Below, piece by piece: positions 16,942-25,561 of a DNA stretch of 55,122 nt. The stretch covers positions 1 to 55,122 of IMG/VR virus record IMGVR_UViG_3300048800_000064. One strand, written 5' to 3'. The translations under genes and the position numbers were made by a program. The stretch comes from a virus. Taxonomy: Duplodnaviria; Caudoviricetes. Below the pieces are notes generated by a model. The model did no database searches and was not told where the DNA came from. It saw nothing but the letters and a program-made list of their open reading frames with translations. Position 1 is the stretch's first letter; each line of letters opens with the position of its first letter.

Positions 16942-18831
16942 GTGAGAACCCCAGCTGTCATAGCTCTTGATCTCAACGTTGAGGCGTTTCGTCTTGGCGA
17001 GAGCAAGCAGCTGCCCTTCGCGAAGGTCGGCGAGTGGGACTTCCCCGAGGACTACGGCGAGTTCAATGTCACGCCCGACCACCTCGACGCGATCGAGAAA
17101 CATTTCCGGGCCGACGTCCGTCGCGTGGAGGTCCCGCTGCTCAACGAGGAGCACGGACCCGGCGCGGTCGGCTGGATCACCGACTTCGTTCGCGTAGCCC
17201 CCGATCGACTGGACGCGATCGTTGAGCTCAACTCCCGCGGGGAGCAGGCACTGGCCAATGACGAGTACCGGCGTGTCAGCCCAGAGATCCTGCGCGACTA
17301 CTTCGACGCCGAGACGGGCGAGTCCTACAGCATGGTGGCGGCTGGGTTGGCGCTGACCACGGCTCCCCGGCTGAAGGCACTGGACCGGATCGCCGCCTCT
17401 GAGCATCCGCGGATCCTCGCCTTTGCCGAGTCCCCCAGCGAGCTCACCACGGTCGGCAGCCATATCGACGGATCGATGGGAAACACCAGCGTTGCCTATG
17501 CCATCCCCGAGCTGAAGCGTCTGCCCATCAACAGCAAGGCCCAGGTCAAGGGGTCTGTGGCCCGCTTCGCGAAGGTCCGCAACCAGGACGGCACGCCGCT
17601 CACTGAAACGCAGCGCACCGCAGCGTGGGAAAAGATCGCTGCCGCCGCGAAGAAGTTTGGCATCGACGTGCCGTCTCGCTACAGCGAACTGCGGCTCAGC
17701 CCCCAACAGACGGCCGAGTATCTGATGGCTGAGGCGGTGAAGCACACCCACGCCAAGCGTGGCGGCGGCAAGACGACACACGAACACGACGACGCCACCA
17801 AGGGACACGGCCACGACGGCCTGCTGCCCGCCTTCAACATGGCCGAGGGCGACGACGTCGGCGACGGCGACCAGGACTTCGATGACCAGCCGTGCCCGAG
17901 CTGCGGCGCCGAGGACATGGACGTGATCTCCATGGACCTGCGCTGCCCGTCGTGCGGCACCCACGCCAGCTTCCACGCACCCTCGCAGTTGTTCGCGGAG
18001 ATAAGCGGCAAGCAGCGCGACGCCCTGGATGCCGGCGCCTTCGCCGTTCCGGGCAAGCGGCAGCTGCCCATCCAGGACGCTGCCCACGTGCGCAATGCCA
18101 TCGCTCGATTCAGCCAGACGAAGGACTTGACACCTGAGGAAAAGGCCGCTGCCAAAACGCGAATCCAAGCAGCCGCGAAGACGTTTGGTATCAACGTCGG
18201 AGACGATTTCAGTGAAATCGCCGGGGCAACTTTGCGGCCCGGTTTCAATGACGCCGTGCCTGACGACACCACACCGAAGCCGGAACCCACTCCGACACCA
18301 GCGCCGGAACCGACTCCCGAGCCCGCGCCTGAGCCCGCGCCTGCACCGGCCCCCGAGCCCGCGCCTGCACCTGAGGCTTCGGCCCAGAAGCCAGCGGACT
18401 TCGCCGAGTTGAGCACCATGCACATGGCCGAGGTCGCTGAGAACAAGAAGCTCAAGGCCAGGGTCCAGGAGCTCAGCGAGAACATGGCCCGTCAGGAGAC
18501 CGCGCAGAAGATGGCGGTGGTCGCCGAGCGGATCGACGGACTGGTTCGTGAGGGAAAGATCACCCCCGCCGAGGCCGAGACCTTCAAGGAAAACACCCGG
18601 CTCGTCAAGCTCTCCGAAGACTCCTGGCCCCTTGACGTTCTCGCTGGCCGCAAGCCTGTGGTCGAGATGCGCGAGCGCGGCACCGACGGGATCGGGGCTG
18701 AGGCGATTGACGACGGCACCCGGCTCGCCGAAGCCGCCAAGGTCCTGATGTCCGAGAAGGCCAAGGGCGGCACCAAGATCACCATGAAGGAAGCGATCCT
18801 CGAAGTCGCTCGCCTGGGGTACAGGGGCTAA
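16942..18831 (+). CDS. Mu-like prohead protease fused to two DUF6582-like domains, His-rich and Zn-ribbon modules, and scaffold
   Basis: NEEH..AVGWI, EYRRVSPE, GLALTTAPRLK; KRLPIN..ARF..AAAKKFGID and QLPIQDAAHVRNAIARF..AAAKTFGIN; C-terminal coiled coil and GKITPAE. Confidence 0.85.
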   Translation: MRTPAVIALDLNVEAFRLGESKQLPFAKVGEWDFPEDYGEFNVTPDHLDAIEKHFRADVRRVEVPLLNEEHGPGAVGWITDFVRVAPDRLDAIVELNSRGEQALANDEYRRVSPEILRDYFDAETGESYSMVAAGLALTTAPRLKALDRIAASEHPRILAFAESPSELTTVGSHIDGSMGNTSVAYAIPELKRLPINSKAQVKGSVARFAKVRNQDGTPLTETQRTAAWEKIAAAAKKFGIDVPSRYSELRLSPQQTAEYLMAEAVKHTHAKRGGGKTTHEHDDATKGHGHDGLLPAFNMAEGDDVGDGDQDFDDQPCPSCGAEDMDVISMDLRCPSCGTHASFHAPSQLFAEISGKQRDALDAGAFAVPGKRQLPIQDAAHVRNAIARFSQTKDLTPEEKAAAKTRIQAAAKTFGINVGDDFSEIAGATLRPGFNDAVPDDTTPKPEPTPTPAPEPTPEPAPEPAPAPAPEPAPAPEASAQKPADFAELSTMHMAEVAENKKLKARVQELSENMARQETAQKMAVVAERIDGLVREGKITPAEAETFKENTRLVKLSEDSWPLDVLAGRKPVVEMRERGTDGIGAEAIDDGTRLAEAAKVLMSEKAKGGTKITMKEAILEVARLGYRG

Positions 18832-19271
18832 TGGCCGGCGAAATCGAAGGCGCGATAGCCGACCAGACCTACCGGAACGTCGCCCTAACGAACTTCCTGC
18901 CCAACACCTGCGTCGACGTCGACCCTGCCAACAGCGACGCCATCAACACCGCCTGCCTGTACGTCGCCTCCGGCTTCCCCTGCGAGACGCTGGGCGTCGT
19001 CTACGACCAGGCCAAGCTCGACCCCTCCGGCACCCCGATCAAGAACTCGGGTGTCGCCGTCCGCCACTGGGGCATCGTTCGAGTCGTCGTGACCGGCGCT
19101 GTCACCCCGGGCGCCTACGTGTCCGTCGCCAACGCCTTGGGGCAGTGCGCATCGCAGGCGCTCTCAACCGCTGGCCAGCTGCTGAAGCCGGTCGTTGGCC
19201 GGGCGCTCACCTCCGCTGCCGCACTCAACGATCAGCCGTTGGTGCTGCTCATGATCGGCTCGAGGGTCTGA
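18831..19271 (+). CDS. Capsid decoration/cement protein (DUF2190-like)
   Basis: VAVRHWGIVRV..GAVTPG...VVGRALTSA; lies between scaffold and MCP. Confidence 0.7.
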   Translation: MAGEIEGAIADQTYRNVALTNFLPNTCVDVDPANSDAINTACLYVASGFPCETLGVVYDQAKLDPSGTPIKNSGVAVRHWGIVRVVVTGAVTPGAYVSVANALGQCASQALSTAGQLLKPVVGRALTSAAALNDQPLVLLMIGSRV

Positions 19272-19274
19272 GAA

Positions 19275-20219
19275 ATGCCTGACGTCTTCATCCCACAGGT
19301 CCACATCGACCAGGCTCTGACCCAGATCAGCATCGCCTACGAGCAGGACGACCTGGTCGGCGACAAGATCTTCCCAACCGTCCCCGTGGACAAGCGAAGC
19401 GATCGCTACTTCATCTACGACCGGATCGCCTTCAAGAAGCTCGACGACCTCGTCCGGCCCGGCAGCACTGCTCCCGAGTGGACGCGTACGCTGTCGACTG
19501 GCAGCTACAACGCCGAGCGTCATGCCCAGCGCCTGCTGGTGACCGACGCCGAGAAGCGCCTCTCCGACCTGCCGCTGGCCCCACAGGCCGACGCCACCGA
19601 GATGGTCACCGAGAGAGTGCAGAACCAGCGCGAGTTCCGCCAGCTCGCCATTGCCTCCGACCCCGCTCAGGTCACCCAGAACATCGCGCTCTCGGGGACC
19701 TCGCAGTGGTCGGACTACACCAACAGCACCCCCCTGGTGGTGATCAAGAACGCCAAGCTGGCGGTCCGACTCGGCATCCTCAAGCGGGCGAACATGTTCA
19801 CCGCCAGCTACGAGGTCGCACAAACCCTGGCCGACCATCCGTCGATCAAGGACATGCTCAAGTACACCGACCCCAACCTGGTTTCGGAGACCGGACTGCC
19901 GGCGATCATTCGCGGCCTCCGCGTCAACGAGGCGGCCGCCTTCATCGACATCGCCAACCCCGGCCAGGCGCCGACCATGGCTTCGGCCTTCGGCAAGAAC
20001 GCGCTGATCCACTACACCAGCCCCCGTATCGGGCTGAAGATGATCACCTTCGGGCTGACCATGGAGGCTCCCGACGACACCACCGGCGCCCGCGGCTTCG
20101 CGGTCGAGATCTACCGCAACGCTGACAAGCACGGCGACTACGTCGAGGTGGCCAACACCTATGACGAGGTCGTGGTTGCTCCTGGCGGTGGGTATCTCCT
20201 CCTGACCGCTGTCGCCTGA
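19275..20219 (+). CDS. Major capsid protein
   Basis: HIDQALTQISIAY..IFPTVPVDKRS..QWSDYTNSTP..TFGLT..GYLLLTAVA. Confidence 0.9.
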   Translation: MPDVFIPQVHIDQALTQISIAYEQDDLVGDKIFPTVPVDKRSDRYFIYDRIAFKKLDDLVRPGSTAPEWTRTLSTGSYNAERHAQRLLVTDAEKRLSDLPLAPQADATEMVTERVQNQREFRQLAIASDPAQVTQNIALSGTSQWSDYTNSTPLVVIKNAKLAVRLGILKRANMFTASYEVAQTLADHPSIKDMLKYTDPNLVSETGLPAIIRGLRVNEAAAFIDIANPGQAPTMASAFGKNALIHYTSPRIGLKMITFGLTMEAPDDTTGARGFAVEIYRNADKHGDYVEVANTYDEVVVAPGGGYLLLTAVA

Positions 20220-20229
20220 GTCTGATCTG

Positions 20230-20883
20230 ATGCCAGCCCAGGCAGCCACAGCCGAGCAGACCAAGGTCAAGATCCAGCGGCTCACCGCCGACGACGTCGA
20301 GCGGTACGAGGACGAGCCCGACGACGACGGCTGGGACGGTACCCTCTTCGAGGCCCGCCTCACCCGTCCGATCATGCGTAACCAGCAGATCGTCACCCCC
20401 AAGATGACCGAGACCAAGCCGCTGTACTTCAGGGCCGCTCGGGTCAAAGAGCGGTGGGTTGACGAGGATGGCAAGGTTCACCAGTACCGCTGGGTGGGTC
20501 CTGAGGCCGAGCATCTCCGAGATCTGATCGCAGTTGGAGTCATCGCGAACACCCAGGAGTCGAACGCGCGCTCTCGCCGGCAGGCCGTCATCGATCACGA
20601 GCGCGGAGTCGACGGAAACGAGGACCACGGTCCCCTTCCTCACCTCAGCGAGGCCACACCGATCGCGGTCAAGCGTCGGTGGGAGAAGCCGCTCGCCGGC
20701 GGCCCGAAGGAAGTCATGCGCAAGGAACTCCAGGAATCCCGTGAGGGCATCGCCGAGCTCCGCCAGTACGCCGGGGCCGAGGCTCCGGGCAGCGCGCGCG
20801 CGAAGTATCTCGGCGAGGTCGAGCCTGCGGCTGAGCCGGGAGCCGAGGCCACGCCAGAGGGCGCCACAGGCTCCAAGGAGTAG
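20230..20883 (+). CDS. Hypothetical protein (head region)
   Basis: Long ORF in the operon with phage-like codon usage. Confidence 0.65.
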   Translation: MPAQAATAEQTKVKIQRLTADDVERYEDEPDDDGWDGTLFEARLTRPIMRNQQIVTPKMTETKPLYFRAARVKERWVDEDGKVHQYRWVGPEAEHLRDLIAVGVIANTQESNARSRRQAVIDHERGVDGNEDHGPLPHLSEATPIAVKRRWEKPLAGGPKEVMRKELQESREGIAELRQYAGAEAPGSARAKYLGEVEPAAEPGAEATPEGATGSKE

Positions 20884-20887
20884 GCCC

Positions 20888-21427
20888 GTGGCCTCGGTGA
20901 TCTACCTGGCACCACCGGGCACTGCTCAGGGTGTGCTCGACGTTCTTGTTGGCAACATCATCTACAGCCTCGAGCCTGGTGTTCCTCACGACATCCCACC
21001 TGAGCACTTCGCCGCCGTCGTGGCGGCTGTGAGGATCGCCAGCGGGACGCTTGCCCCAGTCGCTGCTGGGCCGGTGATCACCCACCAGGGGGCTGGCGGG
21101 GCGGCATCCTACACCTACGAGGTCGTGGCTTACGACGCCACGGGTGACGCGGTGCCTTCGCCGACCACAACCGATGCGGCGGGCAACGCGGCTCTTGGTA
21201 GCGGCAATGGCGAAATCGTGACTTGGGTAGCGCCTGCGAATCCGTCCAGCGCTCGCCTGGGCTTCAAGGTCATCCGGACCGCCGGTGGCCCCTCGCAGGG
21301 ATTGCTCGGCACGGTAGGGCCAAGCGTGGTCACGTTCACCGACACCGGCGGCGCGGCGACTGTCTACACACCAGCCGGGACGAATCCAGGCGTCGCTCAG
21401 GCCATCGCCGGACCGCCTGAAATCTGA
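20888..21427 (+). CDS. Virion protein with an FN3-like domain
   Basis: AAGGAG SD; ASYTYEVVAYD..GNAALG..VTW..GFKVIRT..FTDTG. Confidence 0.7.
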   Translation: MASVIYLAPPGTAQGVLDVLVGNIIYSLEPGVPHDIPPEHFAAVVAAVRIASGTLAPVAAGPVITHQGAGGAASYTYEVVAYDATGDAVPSPTTTDAAGNAALGSGNGEIVTWVAPANPSSARLGFKVIRTAGGPSQGLLGTVGPSVVTFTDTGGAATVYTPAGTNPGVAQAIAGPPEI

Positions 21428-21441
21428 CAAGGAGGATCCCC

Positions 21442-21807
21442 ATGGCCACCACGAAGAAAGTAGCAGCCAGCGCATCCGAAGCAGCAGCCCCCGCCGATCC
21501 CAAAGCCGATCGCGCCGAGGCGGCAGGTCGGGCCCAGGACATCGCGGATGACATCGCCGGCCCCAAGGCCAAGGCGACGCCAGACAAGGCATCCAAGGAC
21601 CTGACATCGAAGACCTACACGGCGCTGCACGCGATCGTGCGGAACGACCAGCCGGTCGCTCCAGGCGCCACCGTGAAGTTCAACGCCGATGAAGGCGAGC
21701 ACGTGCAGGATCTGCTGGACGCCGGCGCGATCGCTGACGCCGAGCACGCGGACGACAAGCTGGCCGAGGCGGACGCCGCCCGCGCCGCCGACGCCGCCCG
21801 CCGCTGA
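21442..21807 (+). CDS. Ala-rich head-associated protein
   Basis: AAGGAGG SD; PGATVKF..DLLDAGAI. Confidence 0.75.
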   Translation: MATTKKVAASASEAAAPADPKADRAEAAGRAQDIADDIAGPKAKATPDKASKDLTSKTYTALHAIVRNDQPVAPGATVKFNADEGEHVQDLLDAGAIADAEHADDKLAEADAARAADAARR

Positions 21808-21819
21808 GGTTCTTGAGGC

Positions 21820-22089
21820 TTGGCCGGCGAAAGCGCCGAGGCGCTACTGCGGTCGCTTTACGCCGAGGCCAATCCCAACACGAGCATCGAGCAGGTCTAC
21901 GCCCGGGCCAACGCGCTGACGATCGTGGGCGGCCAGGGCCTCGAGGAGCTCGTGCGCCTCAAACTCGTCGCGAACGGCAAGACGGCGCAGCTCCGGGAGA
22001 GCCTGCTGGCCACGATCAAGGCTGGTGGCGCCGTCGGCGAGTCGATCGAGGAGTGCCTGCGGAACACGGGCCTGACCGGATGGAGCTGA
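21820..22089 (+). CDS. Hypothetical protein
   Basis: GAGG SD, TTG start. Confidence 0.6.
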   Translation: MAGESAEALLRSLYAEANPNTSIEQVYARANALTIVGGQGLEELVRLKLVANGKTAQLRESLLATIKAGGAVGESIEECLRNTGLTGWS

Positions 22090-22096
22090 CGGCGAT

Positions 22097-22122
22097 GGGC
22101 AACCTCCCAATTCAGGCAGCGT
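22097..22122 (+). promoter_or_regulatory. Late-type promoter GGGCAA-N14-CAGCGT, leaderless GTG at 22130
   Basis: Recurring motif. Confidence 0.65.
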
Positions 22123-22129
22123 GTGCGCC

Positions 22130-22642
22130 GTGAGGATCCACGTCGACGTCCGCGCATTTCACGATCACTATCCACTCTCTGAGGGCGAGGGAGCCCCCGA
22201 TAGCGCGATCGTGACCGCGCTGGCGGATGGTCGGCCCGCGGTGCGGTTCCTGCGCCGCGAACACAGCACGACCTCGATCGACATTCCCACCTTGGATGAG
22301 GACTGGGACCAGTACCTGGAGGCGATCGACGCCGCCCGCAATGAGGGGAAGACGCCCGTCCAAGAGTGGGAGACCAAGAGCGAGTTCCTCGAGGGGCACC
22401 TGCGGCACGTCATGGCGCATCACGCGCCCCGCGAGCACTGGCTGGGGCTCGGCGTTGAGCCCGGCGCAGAGGCCCCTGACGAGGTCAGCGCGCACGAGAA
22501 GCACCTGCAACAGCGGTTCGGAATCGGTGAGCGCAAGCCCCCTCGCAAACTTCCCAACATCCTCAACCGGGATGAGCTTCGAGAGGCCATGGCGCACGAG
22601 ATCCTGAAGGCTGCCAAGCCTCACGCCGAGGAAGCCCCTTGA
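22130..22642 (+). CDS. Hypothetical protein
   Basis: Leaderless start predicted from the promoter. Confidence 0.65.
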   Translation: MRIHVDVRAFHDHYPLSEGEGAPDSAIVTALADGRPAVRFLRREHSTTSIDIPTLDEDWDQYLEAIDAARNEGKTPVQEWETKSEFLEGHLRHVMAHHAPREHWLGLGVEPGAEAPDEVSAHEKHLQQRFGIGERKPPRKLPNILNRDELREAMAHEILKAAKPHAEEAP

Positions 22643-23265
22643 GAACGACGGTAGGCACCGACTGGCTAGCCCAGCTCGCGGGTGGGGGAGGTGCCACATC
22701 GACCGGCACCGGCACGACCGCGCCGACCGCCACCACGATCACCCTGGACGGCGTCAGCGCTCCGGGATCGACCACCGCGTACAACGACCGCATCATCACC
22801 TGCGGCGGCGTATACGGCGTGGTGCAGTCGAACACCAACGCAGCGCCACCTGTCCTGACGGTTGACAAGTGGTACACGCCCTCCAGCCCGGGCGGCGCGG
22901 CTGCTGGTACGCCCGCTGCCGGCGTCTGGATCATCCTGCCGGGTGCAGCCCCGATGTGGTGGATGGCGCTGTCGACCGACGGCACTGCGCCTGCTGCCGG
23001 TGACTCGCCGCTGCCCTCAGAGATATCGGCGAACGGACTTGGGCGGGCGGTCGCGACATATGCCCACACAGGCGGGACCTCAACCTTCACGCTGACCAAG
23101 ACCTTCACCTGCACAGGTGGTTCAACTACGGTGGCGAAGATCGGCCTCGGCTGCTCGTCGGCGGCTGCGAGCCGCAACATCTACAGCACGGCTGAGCAGG
23201 CCCCCAACCCCGCGCTTGGATCGGGCGACACGCTCGCGCAGACTGAAACCCTGACCGAGAGCTAA
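22639..23265 (+). CDS. Virion structural protein (fibre/collar-like)
   Basis: MALSTDGTAPAAGDSPLPSEISANGLGRA..LTKTFT..GDTL. Confidence 0.7.
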   Translation: MRTTVGTDWLAQLAGGGGATSTGTGTTAPTATTITLDGVSAPGSTTAYNDRIITCGGVYGVVQSNTNAAPPVLTVDKWYTPSSPGGAAAGTPAAGVWIILPGAAPMWWMALSTDGTAPAAGDSPLPSEISANGLGRAVATYAHTGGTSTFTLTKTFTCTGGSTTVAKIGLGCSSAAASRNIYSTAEQAPNPALGSGDTLAQTETLTES

Positions 23266-23267
23266 CC

Positions 23268-24116
23268 ATGATCCCGCCCGGTCGCATCCTCTCGGGCTAC
23301 GACCACGACACCGGCCGACTGGTGCTGCCCGAGCACATTCGGCAGATGCGCGCCAAGGATCGCAAGATCTGGATGGCCGATCAGGGCATCGTCCTCGCTC
23401 GACCCGACGACAACGAGCTCGTCTCCGGCGGGTGGAAGGGCAAGCATCTCTCCGACGAGACCGGCAAGCGCTTCCGTATGCCCAGCTGGATGCGTGGCAT
23501 GGCTCCCCACGTGATCCGCGAACGGTTCGGCCTGCTACCAATGGCACAGGGCGGCGCTTACTCGATGTTCGAGATGATGCAGCCGTTCATGGGCGCGGAT
23601 GCGGTGACGATCTCGGTTACCAACGTGGAGACCATCGCCACTCAGGACTCGATGCTCGGCCTGCCCGCCAACCACTTCGGCTTCCCCGGCAAGGTGGTGT
23701 GGTTCCATGCTGCGGGTAAGCAGAGCAACGTCGTCACCACGCCTGGCACCGTCATCTTCCGGCTCCGCTACAACGGCCTCGCGGGTACGCTGCTGGCCAC
23801 CACCGGCACCATTGCTCCCAACATCGTCGCCGTCACCGACAATCTCTGGGCCGTCGACGTCTACCTGAAGGCGATCACCACCGGCCAGACGGCGACCTCG
23901 CTGGTGCTGCTGGCCTATGGGGAGTGCCGCTTCGCCAACACCCTCGGCGCGGCGGCTGACATTCGCGCCCTTCAAATGCCTCCAGCCGGGACCTCGCTGG
24001 CGAACTCGGCTGGCCTTGACGGGCGGACCTCGTTCCCGCTGACGCTGACCGCCCAGCCCACGCTCACGACCCTCACGGTGACCGCCCGTGATGCTTGGAT
24101 TGTGGCGTTGAACTAA
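23268..24116 (+). CDS. Virion structural protein, beta-rich C-terminal domain
   Basis: Charged N-terminal ~95 aa followed by a Thr/Gly-rich beta domain. Confidence 0.65.
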   Translation: MIPPGRILSGYDHDTGRLVLPEHIRQMRAKDRKIWMADQGIVLARPDDNELVSGGWKGKHLSDETGKRFRMPSWMRGMAPHVIRERFGLLPMAQGGAYSMFEMMQPFMGADAVTISVTNVETIATQDSMLGLPANHFGFPGKVVWFHAAGKQSNVVTTPGTVIFRLRYNGLAGTLLATTGTIAPNIVAVTDNLWAVDVYLKAITTGQTATSLVLLAYGECRFANTLGAAADIRALQMPPAGTSLANSAGLDGRTSFPLTLTAQPTLTTLTVTARDAWIVALN

Positions 24117-24126
24117 GGCACCGGAC

Positions 24127-24864
24127 GTGGCGATAGAGTTCGAAAGCCACGTCTGCGATACGGGTGGCACCGGCGTCTTTGGGACGTCAGATGGGTCGAA
24201 GCACATCACGATGACGGTTGGCGCTGGTGGCGCCAATGCCGGTGACCTTCTCGTCCTCGGGGTTGCGTCCGGCGCTTTCCCCACAGGGCCTCTCGCCTCC
24301 GTCACCGATTCGCAGGGCAACTCCTGGACTGCGGCTAAGGTCGCAACGCCCACCACGTTCCATCAGGTTGAAATATGGGCTTGTAGACCTGCCAAGGCGC
24401 TAGTGAACGGCGACACTATCGTCCTAACGACCTTCGCCGTGGGCGACAGCTACCAGGCCGGGGTGGATGAGTTCAGCGGGTTCACGGGTCCACCTGGCTA
24501 TGTCATTGACGTCAGCAATTCGACCATGCTTCAGGGTCCGACCGCCCCTGTTGCTGCCTGCTCGGTCACTACGACACACTCCCCCGATCTGGTCTATTGC
24601 GTCATTGGTTCTGATGGCGATCCAATCGACATCGTCGCCACCGGCATGACGCTTGGATTTATGCCGCTAACCGGGTTCAATTGCGGTCACTTCGAGTGGA
24701 TCATCCGTACCACTCCCGGCACCAACAGCACCTCGGATGGTGCGCCGACCTTTACGTCTACCACCGATCAAGACATCGCGGTGGTGGCTTTCTCGGGTTC
24801 GACCCTGGGCGTTCCGGGCAACTTCGGCGGTACCAAGAGCGGCTTCCCGGCAGGGATTTCTTAG
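24127..24864 (+). CDS. Virion beta-sandwich (adhesin/fibre-like) protein
   Basis: AGDLLVLGV..SVTDSQGNSWT..EFSG; C-terminal PGNFGG motif. Confidence 0.7.
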   Translation: MAIEFESHVCDTGGTGVFGTSDGSKHITMTVGAGGANAGDLLVLGVASGAFPTGPLASVTDSQGNSWTAAKVATPTTFHQVEIWACRPAKALVNGDTIVLTTFAVGDSYQAGVDEFSGFTGPPGYVIDVSNSTMLQGPTAPVAACSVTTTHSPDLVYCVIGSDGDPIDIVATGMTLGFMPLTGFNCGHFEWIIRTTPGTNSTSDGAPTFTSTTDQDIAVVAFSGSTLGVPGNFGGTKSGFPAGIS

Positions 24865-24865
24865 A

Positions 24866-25561
24866 ATGGCCGCGCTTGTCGGCTCTGCGGGTGCGGTAGC
24901 CGCCGCCAACTCCTCGGTCACGCCCGCCTTCGGGCAGGCCACGACCGCTGGGAATCTACTCGTCGCCCAGGTCGCCCATAGCGGCACCACTGCGATCGCT
25001 TGCTCGGACGGCACCTGGACCTCGGCCGGTCAGGCGGTCCAGGGCACCGTCGCTCGCGCTGCCCTGTTCTACAAGCAGAATTGCGGGGCCGGTGAGACCG
25101 CGCCCACGTTCACCGGCGGCGCGGTCACCATCGCCGTAGTCCTCTCCGAGTGGTCGGGGGTCGCCACCGCTACGCCGCTGGATCAGACCGGCACCGCCAC
25201 CGGCACCGCCACACCACTCACCGTAACGGCATCCGGGACCGATGGTGGGACGGGTCGACTGGTCATTGCTGCCTACGGCTGGCGTACCAGCGCCGCGGTC
25301 GTGGCCAGCGAGACGGATAGCACCAACTTCGCCCAACTGGTCGCGGACTCAGCCAGTCGCGCCAACCACCTCGGCAGCCCCTACAGCGTCACCGTCGCCA
25401 CCGGCAGCGCGGCCGATGCCGATACCGAGACGGAAAGCGTTGGGACCGTGTCGAGTGTGGCGGCGGTCATCGCCAGCTTCGCGCCAGCGGGGGCTGCTGT
25501 CCCTCCTCCAAGCCCAGGCAACTTTGGTGGATTCTTCGATAGAGCCTTCCCGGGGGCCTGA
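24866..25561 (+). CDS. Virion beta-sandwich protein, paralogue of 24127-24864
   Basis: TTAGNLLVAQV..WT..EWSGVAT..PLDQ; C-terminal PGNFGG motif. Confidence 0.7.
   Translation: MAALVGSAGAVAAANSSVTPAFGQATTAGNLLVAQVAHSGTTAIACSDGTWTSAGQAVQGTVARAALFYKQNCGAGETAPTFTGGAVTIAVVLSEWSGVATATPLDQTGTATGTATPLTVTASGTDGGTGRLVIAAYGWRTSAAVVASETDSTNFAQLVADSASRANHLGSPYSVTVATGSAADADTETESVGTVSSVAAVIASFAPAGAAVPPPSPGNFGGFFDRAFPGA

Noticed and set aside
18270-18375. Tandem DNA repeats (also 42345-42415 and 43520-43635) as a CRISPR or regulatory array
   Set aside because: They encode Pro-Ala/Pro-Glu linkers; there are no unique spacers and no cas genes
16858-18423. 884-aa minus-strand ORF suggesting a giant TnpB fusion
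   Set aside because: The upstream part is the antisense shadow of the protease gene; TnpB homology starts at GTG 16857
3181-20474. Long minus-strand ORFs (e.g. 3181-4581, 11994-13199, 19164-20474)
   Set aside because: Antisense shadows typical of high-GC coding DNA, with no recognisable motifs
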